Origin: a virus
Lineage: Duplodnaviria; Caudoviricetes
Length of the DNA stretch: 64,000 nucleotides
Direction: 5' to 3' (one strand)
Virus record (IMG/VR): IMGVR_UViG_3300031673_000001
Part shown: positions 37,617-48,033 of the stretch, one piece after another
Layout: each line of letters begins with the position of its first letter
Numbering within the stretch: position 1 is the first letter of the stretch
Position numbers and translations under genes: made by a program
The notes under the pieces: generated by a model
The model's database searches: none
What the model was told of the DNA's origin: nothing
The model's input: only the letters and a program-made list of their open reading frames with translations

Positions 37617-39808
37617 GAGAAATAACACTGCATGAAGTAGGGATGGAAAATTATGGACCCTATATTGATCCAATGATTCTATCATTTGTAAATGATAATA
37701 TTACTCTTCTAACTGGTCCAAATGGTGTTGGTAAAACAATGGCGCTAGATGCAATACCATTTACATTATTTGGAACAACTAGTAAGGGATTGAAAGGAGA
37801 TGATGTTGTCAATAACGTTGTTGAAAAGAACTGCCATACATGGGTTAAATTCTCAATTAATGATGATAATTATTTTGTAAAAAGGTATCAAAGTTATTCA
37901 AAGTTTGGAGGAAACAACGTTGTATTAAATAAGAATGGAGTTGATATTAAATCAGGATCAAAAGAAGTAATTCCAGAAATTGAAAGATTGTGGTGTTCAC
38001 AAAAAAGTTTTATGAACACTTCAATGTTTGGTCAGAAAGTTAAAGACTTTTTCACTGATTTAACTGATTCAAAACAGAAAGAAATCTTTCGTAAACTATT
38101 AGGTCTTGATAATTATGTTGACTACTATAAAGAAGCAGATAATAATAAGAAAACAGCAGGACAAATTATTGAATCTCATGAACGACAGATGGGGATTAAG
38201 CAAGGATTAATTACTGAATCACATGAGAGGATAGAAGAATTAAAAAATCTAAAGATACAATTTGAACTTGACAAATTAACTAATATAAGGGATCTTAAAC
38301 AATCGGTAGAACAATCTAACCGTATCATCAACACTTGGAAAGAAACTATAGCTCAACTACAATTAAAAGATTTCGATCCAACTAAAGTTCAAACAGAAAT
38401 AGATGTCTTACAAAAAGATTTAGATTCTATTGAACTGCAAAATGAATCTCAAGAAAATCAACTGCTAACTCAAAAAGAACTTAAAATATATGAGTTAAAA
38501 AGTAAAGCAGATGAAGCTAAAGAAGATCTCACCATAAGTTACAATAAAATTAAAGACGAATCAGTAGCTGAATGGAGAGAAGGTGAATCCAAAATAAATA
38601 AAAAAGTAAAAGAATTAATAGAAGAGAAACATAAACTCGAAGTAGATGTTCAAACATTTAAAACTCAAGTTTTATCATTCAAGCAAAATATTAATAAAAT
38701 CAATCAAAGCGTATTTGAATCTAAAATATCATCATGCCCAACTTGTCTTCAAAAAATTACTGGTGATGTTAAACAACATCTAAAAGATGAAATTAAAAAA
38801 TCTGAAGATTCTATTATAAACTGTGAAGAAAGTATTAAGAAATTTAATGATAGTATTTATGCACTTGGTTTAAAAATTACTGATGAACAACAAAAGTTAA
38901 ATAATCTCAACATTCAATATGATATTGAATTAAAAGTATTAAAACAAAATCATGAAGAAAAACTTGAAGAAGTAAATGAAAGAATAAAAACTGTTCTTGA
39001 AAAAGTTGAAATAGCTGGAAAAGAACAATTATCTATTCTTCGATCTAATTCACTTATAAAGATCAATCAATTAAATGAATCAATAAAGAAATTGTTATCC
39101 AAAAAAATAGAAGTTGAACTTATTAAACAAGAACTAGAATCATCTAAACAATCTTTACAAATAGCAGAGAACACAAAACAAAATCTTTTGAGAGATATTA
39201 GACAAAAAGAAGAAGAAGAATATAATGAAACCCAATTGAATGGTTATATCAGTAGAGTTATAGAATATACAAAAGAGATTCAAGCTATTCAAAAATCAAT
39301 TATATCTGAAAATAGACTATATCAAATATATGATTTTTGGAAATCTGCTTATTCACCCACTGGTATTCCATCAACATTAATTGATGAAGCTATTCCATTT
39401 ATGAATAAAAAAGTATCTGAATATTTGGAGGAAATATCAAATGGTCGTTATATTATTTCATTTGATACCCAGGATGCAATCAAGTCAGGAGAAATGAGAG
39501 ATAAAATTTCAGTTAAAGTTTTGGATACACATACAAGAGCAAATAAAAGACTTCAGTTATCAGGTGGTCAAACAAGATTAGTTGATATTGCAACAGTATT
39601 AACCCTTGGAGATTTACAATCAAAGAATTTAGGAATAAAAGTAAATCTATTAATATTTGATGAAATCTTTGATAGTTTGGATGCTCAAAATATTGATTAT
39701 GTATCTAAGGTATTAATAAGATTAAAGAAAGGAAAATCAATATATTTAATTTCACATACTCACCAAGACCAACTAGAAGCAGATCAAGTTCTTCAGTTTA
39801 AATCATAA
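37613..39808 (+). CDS. SbcC/Rad50-like (T4 gp46-like) SMC ATPase
   Basis: GPNGVGKT, coiled coils, CPTC hook, LSGGQ, IFDE, ISH. Confidence 0.92.
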   Translation: MREITLHEVGMENYGPYIDPMILSFVNDNITLLTGPNGVGKTMALDAIPFTLFGTTSKGLKGDDVVNNVVEKNCHTWVKFSINDDNYFVKRYQSYSKFGGNNVVLNKNGVDIKSGSKEVIPEIERLWCSQKSFMNTSMFGQKVKDFFTDLTDSKQKEIFRKLLGLDNYVDYYKEADNNKKTAGQIIESHERQMGIKQGLITESHERIEELKNLKIQFELDKLTNIRDLKQSVEQSNRIINTWKETIAQLQLKDFDPTKVQTEIDVLQKDLDSIELQNESQENQLLTQKELKIYELKSKADEAKEDLTISYNKIKDESVAEWREGESKINKKVKELIEEKHKLEVDVQTFKTQVLSFKQNINKINQSVFESKISSCPTCLQKITGDVKQHLKDEIKKSEDSIINCEESIKKFNDSIYALGLKITDEQQKLNNLNIQYDIELKVLKQNHEEKLEEVNERIKTVLEKVEIAGKEQLSILRSNSLIKINQLNESIKKLLSKKIEVELIKQELESSKQSLQIAENTKQNLLRDIRQKEEEEYNETQLNGYISRVIEYTKEIQAIQKSIISENRLYQIYDFWKSAYSPTGIPSTLIDEAIPFMNKKVSEYLEEISNGRYIISFDTQDAIKSGEMRDKISVKVLDTHTRANKRLQLSGGQTRLVDIATVLTLGDLQSKNLGIKVNLLIFDEIFDSLDAQNIDYVSKVLIRLKKGKSIYLISHTHQDQLEADQVLQFKS

Positions 39809-39817
39809 GGAGGTTTA

Positions 39818-40840
39818 ATGATAAGAATAGTAAATTGGTTGTTAACTCGTAGATGTAACCTAAATTGTGACTACTGTGCAATTGTAAAAAACTATCCCAC
39901 CATGCCTTCTGAATATCCTCCTATGAGTCATTATATAAAAAATGAAATGACCACAGAGCAAGTTATCAAAGGATTAGATCAATTTCAGTTGCACAATCCA
40001 GATTGCTTTCATATCTGGTATGGCGGCGAGCCAATTTTGAGGAAAGATTTAGCTGATATTATCAACCACTGTAATGAAAATTATATTCACTACACTATCA
40101 TATCAAATAATACAAATGAAATTATTCCATTGATTGAAAACTTATTTGATAACGTTGATCATATTCAAGGATTTACTGCATCTGTTGATCCATCATTTAA
40201 TGAAAAAGGTAAGTTTGACAGAATAATAAAAAGCATATCTGGTTTTGAAAATCTTTTAAAACTCAAAGATCGTATTAATGATGTTGTTGCTGAAATAACA
40301 GTTATGAAACATAATGTAAAATATCTATATGATCTTGTTAAACTATTAACAGAAAATGGGATCAGCAGTGATATAACATTTGTTGATATAGCAAAAAGTC
40401 CATTTTATGATTTCTCTAATATAAGTGATGAAAACTTATTGGTAGAACAATCTTCAGAATTATCTGATGTATTTGATTCGTTAAATGATAGTGATTTAGA
40501 TATTCATATGAAAGAAATCTTATTACCAAAAATCTGGGAAATTCTACCATCAGAATTAGATTGTGAATTGGAGAAAGATCTTCATAATGTAACCGTTGAT
40601 GCAGATGGAACGATTAGATTATGTTTAAGAATAAGAGGAACTCATGCTCCAAAATTAGTTAAGGTATCAAATTTAATCGACTCAAAAGGTAACATATCAT
40701 TTATTGCTGAAAAAGCAATTTCAAAAGATAAAGAAGTTCATTGTCTAGGATGTAACCATACATGCTTATTAATGAGTAAACATATTAATGAAACAGATCA
40801 AGGAACAGAAGATTTAATTCATCTCGATAGGAGGGTATAA
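39818..40840 (+). CDS. radical SAM protein
   Basis: CNLNCDYC, YGGEP, C-terminal Cys cluster (CLGCNHTC). Confidence 0.85.
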   Translation: MIRIVNWLLTRRCNLNCDYCAIVKNYPTMPSEYPPMSHYIKNEMTTEQVIKGLDQFQLHNPDCFHIWYGGEPILRKDLADIINHCNENYIHYTIISNNTNEIIPLIENLFDNVDHIQGFTASVDPSFNEKGKFDRIIKSISGFENLLKLKDRINDVVAEITVMKHNVKYLYDLVKLLTENGISSDITFVDIAKSPFYDFSNISDENLLVEQSSELSDVFDSLNDSDLDIHMKEILLPKIWEILPSELDCELEKDLHNVTVDADGTIRLCLRIRGTHAPKLVKVSNLIDSKGNISFIAEKAISKDKEVHCLGCNHTCLLMSKHINETDQGTEDLIHLDRRV

Positions 40841-40842
40841 AA

Positions 40843-41157
40843 ATGGCAGCAGAAGAGCAGATTAGAAATGCAGTTAAATTTTGGGAAACCATATATGAAG
40901 CTGGAGAAGCAACCATTCGATTTATTAAAAAGAGTGGAGTTTCAAGAACTATGAAATGTACCTTAGATTTTGAAAAAATTCCACAGAAACATCATCCTAA
41001 AAGTGTTAATATGCCAAAGATATTAAAGTTGATGCAAAAGAGTGGAATAATTCATGTCTATGATTTAGATAAAGGTGACTGGAGATCAGTTCCATTTGCA
41101 ACTGTTGATTGGTTAGAAACTTCTGATCAGAGATATAAAATTTCACCTATAAAATAG
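40843..41157 (+). CDS. SH3/WYL-like beta-barrel phage protein
   Basis: F.KKSG..R.MKCTL...YDLDKGDWRS. Confidence 0.6.
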   Translation: MAAEEQIRNAVKFWETIYEAGEATIRFIKKSGVSRTMKCTLDFEKIPQKHHPKSVNMPKILKLMQKSGIIHVYDLDKGDWRSVPFATVDWLETSDQRYKISPIK

Positions 41158-41165
41158 GAGCAATT

Positions 41166-41543
41166 ATGGATATTATAGATCAACTTTTAAAAGATATCCC
41201 ATCAAGTGATATTACAGTACTGATAAAGGAATTTTGCACAAAAATATGGGAAGAAGAAAGCACAAAAGTAAAATATCCTCAAGTACTGCCAAGTGGAGCA
41301 AATATATTTCTTGCATTAGAAGTTCCTGCTAAAAATAAAGGACACATCTCATTTTTAACATTAGAAAGAGATCCAATGGATGAATATATTTCTAATTACT
41401 ATTCAATAAAAATAATTGATATTCAAGGTGCGGATTTACCCCAGATGCCACGAAGACATCAATCTCATAAACTTGAGGGAAGATCAGCAAAAAAAATAAT
41501 AACTGAATTTGCAAAACTTATAAAATTCTATAGAGGGGAATAA
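41166..41543 (+). CDS. hypothetical protein
   Basis: 125 aa, GGAG RBS. Confidence 0.6.
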   Translation: MDIIDQLLKDIPSSDITVLIKEFCTKIWEEESTKVKYPQVLPSGANIFLALEVPAKNKGHISFLTLERDPMDEYISNYYSIKIIDIQGADLPQMPRRHQSHKLEGRSAKKIITEFAKLIKFYRGE

Positions 41544-41546
41544 CAA

Positions 41547-44207
41547 ATGCAATTGGGAATGAAAGATCTTTATGAAGATTATGATATTAGAATAAATAAA
41601 CGTTATACATCTCTATTAATTTCGCATCAACCAACTGATTTATCAGCACAGGATCATACTGAAGCATTACCAACTAAACGAATAAAAGTATTACCAACAG
41701 ATGAATATCTTAAAAAATATTCATTATTATCAGAAAAAACTTCAACGATTCTTCCTCCTGGTTGTAGATATATTGAAACGCTTAAAAATGGAGGAAGAAT
41801 ATATGTTATTGAAGAACCACCCCAATTTAGAACAGTAGCAATGTCATTAAACTTTGATCTTATGTATGAAGAAATTAAATCAAAAGGATTACTAGAAGAA
41901 TATGATATTAAAGGTTGGTTAGAGAGCAATGTTACACAAACTTCATCAACTAACAGATACTATAAATTAAATCTTGCATTTCCATATGTTGTATTTGTCA
42001 TTTATATTAATGAAAAAGCAAATGTCGAAGTTGGTTATTCTTTTATTAGAACTAGTCAAATGATAGGATTATCTGATTATCTTTTAAAAATGCCAATGTC
42101 AAATATTGCAGAAAGTCAGGCAATATGTTTTGGTGATAGACTTAATTCAGAATCATATAACACAGATCATGAAGCTGTTAGATCAACTATTGATATATTT
42201 TGGACAAGTATCTTTAATACAGACTACACATATAACATCAATGCATATAAAAACGTTGTAGGAATATCAAATTTTTTAGAATGGCAATATCTATCAAGAA
42301 AAGATCCAATGTTTGTATATGTCGCTGACTGGGTTAGATATAATCACAATATCTTTGAACTTATTAATATTATAAAAGAAAGAAGAACCAGCAGATCAAA
42401 TAATAATGGTAATTCAGATACTTATACTACATTTTTAAAAACCTTTACAAAACCCGCAATCATTGGAGAAATTCAAACTGGAAAAATTAATAAAAGAGTT
42501 GATCAGCTTTATTATGACATCACTACTGGTTTTTATATAACTGATATACTTAAATTAGAAATTGGAGATTCTTTTGAAAATGTAAATAAAACAAAGAAAT
42601 ATTTCGTTATTTCATTTATTGGCATTAGAGGAGACGATCCTAAAATAATAAGAATTTCATATAATGAAAAAGTATTTAATTTTACACTAAATAGAAAATC
42701 TATTCAATATTTAAAAGAAAGAATTGAAGAACAGCGATTTATTAAAACTATTGATCTTAATGGATTCATTATTAAATCCGGTGATATTATTAAATATATA
42801 GATATCACTGGGTCAGAAGTATGTAAAAAAATTTACTATATTAGAAAATGTATAGATGGTCGACCAGAGATAAGAATGGGAAATAGATATTATTTAGCTA
42901 ACAATCTTCCAAAAGGATTAGAAAAAGTAGATACAGATAATTTAAGCATATATGATATGAATTTGAAAATAGGGGATGAATATTTATACAGTCATTCTAA
43001 TGCAAGTGATTCTCCTATTATCAAACAAATAGAAAGATGTATATTTGATAGTATTGATGTTGCATCAAATAATGACTTGATGTTTAAATTTAAGTCTATG
43101 GATCCTCAAAGACAAAATGCCGACTTAGCAGTATATAGTAATAATACTTCAAACAATCGTCGCAATAGAAGAATATATCCAAAACTTGATTATACAGCAA
43201 TATGTCAAAATTCTAAAGCAACTTCAGTTGGTCGAAGTATTATGGAATTTATAGAGTTTGATGATAATGGAAGCACAATTCCATCCATAGTCTATAAAAC
43301 ACCTACTCACTATAATATTAATGTTAATGCACTTTGTGAAAAATCTAAATCAGAAAATATTAAAAATCTCATTAAGAATGATACCACATTTGAAATAGAT
43401 ACCCACTCTGGCATTGTTAAATTTGAAGTTGGTGATCTAGTTGTAGTTGCAAATTGGACAAACCCTTTAAGTGTTCTAGATATTAAAAGAATTGAAGCAT
43501 TTAAAATAGAAGAGAAAGTAAAAACCATTAACATATCATTTATATTAGCAAATAAACTAGGAAATCTATCTGAAGAATTATTTGTAACTGGTTCTAATGT
43601 TCGTATTGGATATATCAGAAAAATTACAACTAAATTTCAACAGGTATCTGCTGGAATGAAGATTAAAGCAGAAAAAGGAAGAATATCAAATTTTCCAAAA
43701 AAAGATTACAATATTATTGTTGGTATTATTACTGACGGTCCGCAACCATTAGTATTATGTTCAAATGGTTGTACTTTATGGTATGAAGATGTTATAGAAA
43801 ATTTCAAACTAATTCCAATAAACTCTATACTATGGAAGAGCAATGATCATGTTGAATTTGATCTAAAGAAAATTAAACTTCAATCGGGAGATATTGCTAT
43901 TCCTAATTATTATGGTAATGTTAATGATCCAGGACTCTTGATGGTTCAAAGTCAAATGAAAAGAGCTTTGAGATATCATCCATTAGACTCGTATTCAAGA
44001 AGGTATGATAGTTATAGCGCTAATTCTGATATGTCGCTTCATAAAGACTGTACATTACATTGTATACCAAATCCAAGAGTTTCAAAATCCGAGCAAGATA
44101 AAAATGGTTTTATTAGAGCAGTTCCTAATTTTCATGGAGGTTTTTATCTAAGTGAAAACTCACACTTTCTATATGTAAATGACTCAAGGAGCTTAATTAA
44201 TGTTTAA
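41547..44207 (+). CDS. prokaryotic E2 (family D-like) fused to long beta-rich C-terminal region
   Basis: IEEPP..R, AFPYVVF, KMPMSNIAESQAICFG (putative catalytic Cys); next to JAB and E1. Confidence 0.65.
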   Translation: MQLGMKDLYEDYDIRINKRYTSLLISHQPTDLSAQDHTEALPTKRIKVLPTDEYLKKYSLLSEKTSTILPPGCRYIETLKNGGRIYVIEEPPQFRTVAMSLNFDLMYEEIKSKGLLEEYDIKGWLESNVTQTSSTNRYYKLNLAFPYVVFVIYINEKANVEVGYSFIRTSQMIGLSDYLLKMPMSNIAESQAICFGDRLNSESYNTDHEAVRSTIDIFWTSIFNTDYTYNINAYKNVVGISNFLEWQYLSRKDPMFVYVADWVRYNHNIFELINIIKERRTSRSNNNGNSDTYTTFLKTFTKPAIIGEIQTGKINKRVDQLYYDITTGFYITDILKLEIGDSFENVNKTKKYFVISFIGIRGDDPKIIRISYNEKVFNFTLNRKSIQYLKERIEEQRFIKTIDLNGFIIKSGDIIKYIDITGSEVCKKIYYIRKCIDGRPEIRMGNRYYLANNLPKGLEKVDTDNLSIYDMNLKIGDEYLYSHSNASDSPIIKQIERCIFDSIDVASNNDLMFKFKSMDPQRQNADLAVYSNNTSNNRRNRRIYPKLDYTAICQNSKATSVGRSIMEFIEFDDNGSTIPSIVYKTPTHYNINVNALCEKSKSENIKNLIKNDTTFEIDTHSGIVKFEVGDLVVVANWTNPLSVLDIKRIEAFKIEEKVKTINISFILANKLGNLSEELFVTGSNVRIGYIRKITTKFQQVSAGMKIKAEKGRISNFPKKDYNIIVGIITDGPQPLVLCSNGCTLWYEDVIENFKLIPINSILWKSNDHVEFDLKKIKLQSGDIAIPNYYGNVNDPGLLMVQSQMKRALRYHPLDSYSRRYDSYSANSDMSLHKDCTLHCIPNPRVSKSEQDKNGFIRAVPNFHGGFYLSENSHFLYVNDSRSLINV

Positions 44208-45858
44208 AATAGTAGTTGCCGATGGAAAACAAGAACTACCAGATGATGATATTTATTATATAGTTGCAAAAGAAGGTATTTTTATAAAAAAGAAATTGGG
44301 CATTATGGATAGTGTATCACCAGTTAAAAATATTTCAATATTAAAAAGTGTTCAAGCAACAGCAAAGATGAATATTGAAAAAATACCATCAATATCTATA
44401 GCTAAGGTTTCTAATTTCTTTAGAGCTGTTCAAAAAGAACATAGATCAGAAGCAATTGTATTATTATTTTATAATGAAAAAACTAAAAAATATAAGTTAT
44501 TTCCGCCAGCACAAAAAGTGAGTCCTGCATCAATTGAATATAATAGGGCAGTTGTTATAGATGGTTGGACCATGATTGGTGATATTCATAGTCATAGTTC
44601 AATGTCTGCATTTCATTCAGGAACAGATCAAGGAGATGAGGAGTCTTTCGATGGATTACATATTACATTTGGAAATATGAACTCTGATTTAATAAGTATC
44701 TCCGCCTCAATTGTTTCAAATGGTAACAGAGTAATAGTTAAACCAGAAGAATATATGAAAGGTATAGAATTAAAAGAAGAGATTGATGAAGTTGAGCAAA
44801 TTCCTACCACAAGAGTTTATAGGTGGATCAATGGAAAAATGGTTGAAACAACTCCAAAATTTACAACCGCAGGATTTAAAACCTATCGTAAATATGATAA
44901 ACGATACAAGGTAGTAAGTGAGAATGCTATTAAAGCTCAAGTTCCACCCTCATGGTTAGATGCTATTGAAGAACATGAAGTTCGTCATATTTATGGTAAT
45001 TTTAATCAGTCATTCATAAATTGGCCAGAGCATTATAGACATGGATATCCTCAATTTAATCGCGGACCTTGGGCTCCTCGTATTAAAAATGGATGGAATA
45101 GAAATTTTGATCCAGATGTTTGGAGTAGAGAATCTATTAAAGTTCCACCTCAAAATGTTGGAGTTAAAACTAAACCTATTACATTTCCTCCGCATGACCA
45201 AGGTCCACTTATTACTGATATAACTACTCCTACCAAACCAACTCCTTGTGAATCCTGTGCATTCAAGGAAAGAGCAATTGAATATGTTGCTAAAATAATG
45301 GTAGAGAAAAATCAAGGATCCATTGAAGAACAGGAAGATGATATATTTGATAAAGAGTCATATGAATGTGAGAAGTGTAATCTAATTGTATCATTTTATT
45401 ATGATGACTGTGGAGAAATTAAAGATGATATTATATGTCCATCATGTAAATCAGATGAGCATTTAACCCTACTTGATATAGGATTAAAGGATAAAGATGA
45501 AGATGAAGATGATGATCCCTATAATTTTGATGACTATCTTTCTGATTTAAAACAAGATTATAAAATCAATTGTAAAACTTGTGGAAGTCAGTTTGATTTA
45601 TCAATGACAAAAAAAGATGATAATGGAGTATCATGTCCATTCTGTGGAAAATTATTATCTACAGAAACAGAAAGCGATCTATTAGATTTAGATGGAGTTA
45701 ATATAAAGAATATAAGCGAAGAAGAAATTTCTAATTATAAAGCAGCAAAAGAAAATCCAAATCCATCTAATATAATACCAGATCCTTCTAAACAAATGGT
45801 AGCAGACAGTATAAACTCACTTAAACAATTATTTGAAAAATTTAGGGGAAATAGATGA
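44200..45858 (+). CDS. JAB/MPN+ metalloprotease with two C-terminal Zn ribbons
   Basis: SEAIVLL, IGDIHSH...AFHSGTD; CEKC..CPSC, CKTC..CPFC. Confidence 0.88.
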   Translation: MFKIVVADGKQELPDDDIYYIVAKEGIFIKKKLGIMDSVSPVKNISILKSVQATAKMNIEKIPSISIAKVSNFFRAVQKEHRSEAIVLLFYNEKTKKYKLFPPAQKVSPASIEYNRAVVIDGWTMIGDIHSHSSMSAFHSGTDQGDEESFDGLHITFGNMNSDLISISASIVSNGNRVIVKPEEYMKGIELKEEIDEVEQIPTTRVYRWINGKMVETTPKFTTAGFKTYRKYDKRYKVVSENAIKAQVPPSWLDAIEEHEVRHIYGNFNQSFINWPEHYRHGYPQFNRGPWAPRIKNGWNRNFDPDVWSRESIKVPPQNVGVKTKPITFPPHDQGPLITDITTPTKPTPCESCAFKERAIEYVAKIMVEKNQGSIEEQEDDIFDKESYECEKCNLIVSFYYDDCGEIKDDIICPSCKSDEHLTLLDIGLKDKDEDEDDDPYNFDDYLSDLKQDYKINCKTCGSQFDLSMTKKDDNGVSCPFCGKLLSTETESDLLDLDGVNIKNISEEEISNYKAAKENPNPSNIIPDPSKQMVADSINSLKQLFEKFRGNR

Positions 45859-46541
45859 AAGAATTATCCATTAAAATCATTGGGTTGGGTGGCGTTGGTT
45901 CAGTATTATGTGAAAAGATAGCAAGATTTTTAAATTACGCCACAGATATTAACGCAAAGTTGACATTAGTAGATGGTGATTCGTATGAAAGTAAAAATTA
46001 TCAAAGACAAGAATTTACACAGATGGGAAATAAATCTAGGATTAAAGGTGGAGATTTAGAAAATAAGTTTCCAAATATAGATTTAGATTATTATCCTGCA
46101 TATATAAATAATGTAAATATTAATGAAGTCATAAAGTCAGACGATATTGTATTTCTATGTGTTGATAATCATAAAACTAGAATGATCACATCTAAATACT
46201 GTAATATGTTAAGCAATATTACTTTGATATCTGGTGGAAATGAATTTACGGATGGTAATGTACAAATTTATGTCAGGAAAGGGGGGAAAGATTTAACACC
46301 TGATCTCTGTTCTTATCATCCAGAAATTGCAAATCCCGCAGATAAATTACCAGAGGAAATGAGTTGTGAAGAATTAGCAAATTCAGATCCTCAACTCTAC
46401 TTCACCAATGTGTGGGTAGCTACACTTATGTGTGCAGCATTTTATAATGTAGTTATAAAAAATAACATTGGACCATCTGAAATTTATTTTGATATGACAC
46501 AGATGTCCGCTATTGCGAAAATAAGAGCTCTTAAACAATAA
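45855..46541 (+). CDS. ThiF/E1-like activating enzyme
   Basis: IIGLGGVGS, VDGD.YE.KN..RQ, K, CVDN..TR. Confidence 0.9.
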   Translation: MKELSIKIIGLGGVGSVLCEKIARFLNYATDINAKLTLVDGDSYESKNYQRQEFTQMGNKSRIKGGDLENKFPNIDLDYYPAYINNVNINEVIKSDDIVFLCVDNHKTRMITSKYCNMLSNITLISGGNEFTDGNVQIYVRKGGKDLTPDLCSYHPEIANPADKLPEEMSCEELANSDPQLYFTNVWVATLMCAAFYNVVIKNNIGPSEIYFDMTQMSAIAKIRALKQ

Positions 46542-46571
46542 CTGTAAAACAAAGCAAGGAGAATTAAAATC

Positions 46572-47063
46572 ATGGCAAGCGAATATACTTATGAAAATCT
46601 GGATAAAATGACCGTCCCCGAACTTCGACGTCTATGTGTTGATAAACTTGGAATTCCAGGTATGACCAAAAAACGCAAAGATATTATCATTAAAGCTATT
46701 ATAAAGCTTCAAGGAAGTTCATCCAAACCCTCAGTAGCACCTACTGCAGTAGCTACTGCACCAAAACAAGAAGGTCCATTAACTGAATTAGGTTTTTCTG
46801 GACATAGTGTTTTAGATAAACCCTATGCATCATTTGGTAATAAAATGAAAACCACAATTCAGGTAACTTGTGGTGCTAGTTCAGGAGCTTTTCCTGTTGA
46901 AGGAAAAAGTGTATCTGAAGTTGGTGAGTTCCTGCGGGAAGTTCTGAATGTGGATAAACTGTCCACAGGTCTGGTCAATGGAAAAGAAATCCCTGGAAGT
47001 TATATACTGAAAAACGGAGATAGTTTGGAATTTATGAAACCTGCTGGTCGTAAAGGTCGTTAA
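46572..47063 (+). CDS. ubiquitin-like (beta-grasp) protein with N-terminal Rho-N/HeH-like domain
   Basis: LDKMTVPELRRLC...KKRKDIII; VTCG...LVNG...LKNGDSLEFMKPAGRKGR. Confidence 0.75.
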   Translation: MASEYTYENLDKMTVPELRRLCVDKLGIPGMTKKRKDIIIKAIIKLQGSSSKPSVAPTAVATAPKQEGPLTELGFSGHSVLDKPYASFGNKMKTTIQVTCGASSGAFPVEGKSVSEVGEFLREVLNVDKLSTGLVNGKEIPGSYILKNGDSLEFMKPAGRKGR

Positions 47064-47074
47064 TTGTGCTCCGA

Positions 47075-47102
47075 GGATGGGGATTCTATTGGATCCCCAT
47101 CC
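47075..47102 (+). terminator. GC-rich hairpin after Ubl gene
   Basis: GGATGGGGATTC-TATT-GGATCCCCATCC; weak U tract. Confidence 0.55.
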
Positions 47103-47129
47103 AATTCTTCAGAAAGGAGATCTTAATCT

Positions 47130-48032
47130 TTGAAATTGGATAGTTTAACAATAATTGGAACTGGAACATTAGGAGCACATCTTTGTAAACATCTTGCTGA
47201 AAGTTCAGAAATAAGTAAGTTAATATTAATTGATGCTGATACAGTTGATTCAAAAGACATATCTATTGGTATTTTTAAACAAGTAGATATTTGTCAACCA
47301 AAAGTACATGTATTGCATGATATGTTTTCTACTTATGATACTGAAATTGAACCAAGGGTAGAGTTTTATAAAGATGGTATTACACAATTAGCACCAACCG
47401 ACCTTATAATTGATTGCAGAAATGTGTTTGGAAAAAGGGATATTAACATTGATTTAAAAATGTTTATAACAGAAAGGATTTTAATATTAGATTTTGAAAA
47501 GAGATTTAAAAATGAAAGTCAATTAAAAGGAGAGTACTCCTATAAGTTATCAAAACATGAAATAAGTACAGCTGCTCATTATGCTACAAATTTAATATTA
47601 TGTAGCAATATTCTAGAAGAGTTATTAAAAAGTCAATCAGTTAAATGTATTCATATTGATACAATTAAGTCAATAATATTACAGAATATATGCAGTTCAA
47701 AACAAAGATATGATATAGTTTATGATCTAGATAAGGATGTGGAAAGATTACCACGGATTCATGAAGTTATACAACCAATACTAAAAAAGAATAGAACATC
47801 TAATTTAAAGTTGGCAGTCAAAGAAAGAAGCTCAATTGCTAAAAATATTTTTGAATTTCCAGATGCACCTAAAACAAAATATCAAATAATACCACAAAAT
47901 AGTTTAAGACAACCAGAAGATGTAATTAATTTTTTGAAAAAAATAGTTCAAACTAAAAACGGAACTTCGAAACTTAGACCGGTTCTTATACATGATGAAA
48001 TTTATATTTTGTCAGAAACAGGAGGTGCATAA
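47130..48032 (+). CDS. second, divergent ThiF/E1-like protein
   Basis: IIGTGTLG, LIDADTV, K, IIDC; TTG start with AGGAG RBS. Confidence 0.7.
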   Translation: MKLDSLTIIGTGTLGAHLCKHLAESSEISKLILIDADTVDSKDISIGIFKQVDICQPKVHVLHDMFSTYDTEIEPRVEFYKDGITQLAPTDLIIDCRNVFGKRDINIDLKMFITERILILDFEKRFKNESQLKGEYSYKLSKHEISTAAHYATNLILCSNILEELLKSQSVKCIHIDTIKSIILQNICSSKQRYDIVYDLDKDVERLPRIHEVIQPILKKNRTSNLKLAVKERSSIAKNIFEFPDAPKTKYQIIPQNSLRQPEDVINFLKKIVQTKNGTSKLRPVLIHDEIYILSETGGA

Positions 48033-48033
48033 T

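Noticed and set aside
39818-40840. Calling the radical SAM protein QueE
   Set aside because: Longer than typical QueE, extra C-terminal Cys cluster, not adjacent to queD; motifs insufficient
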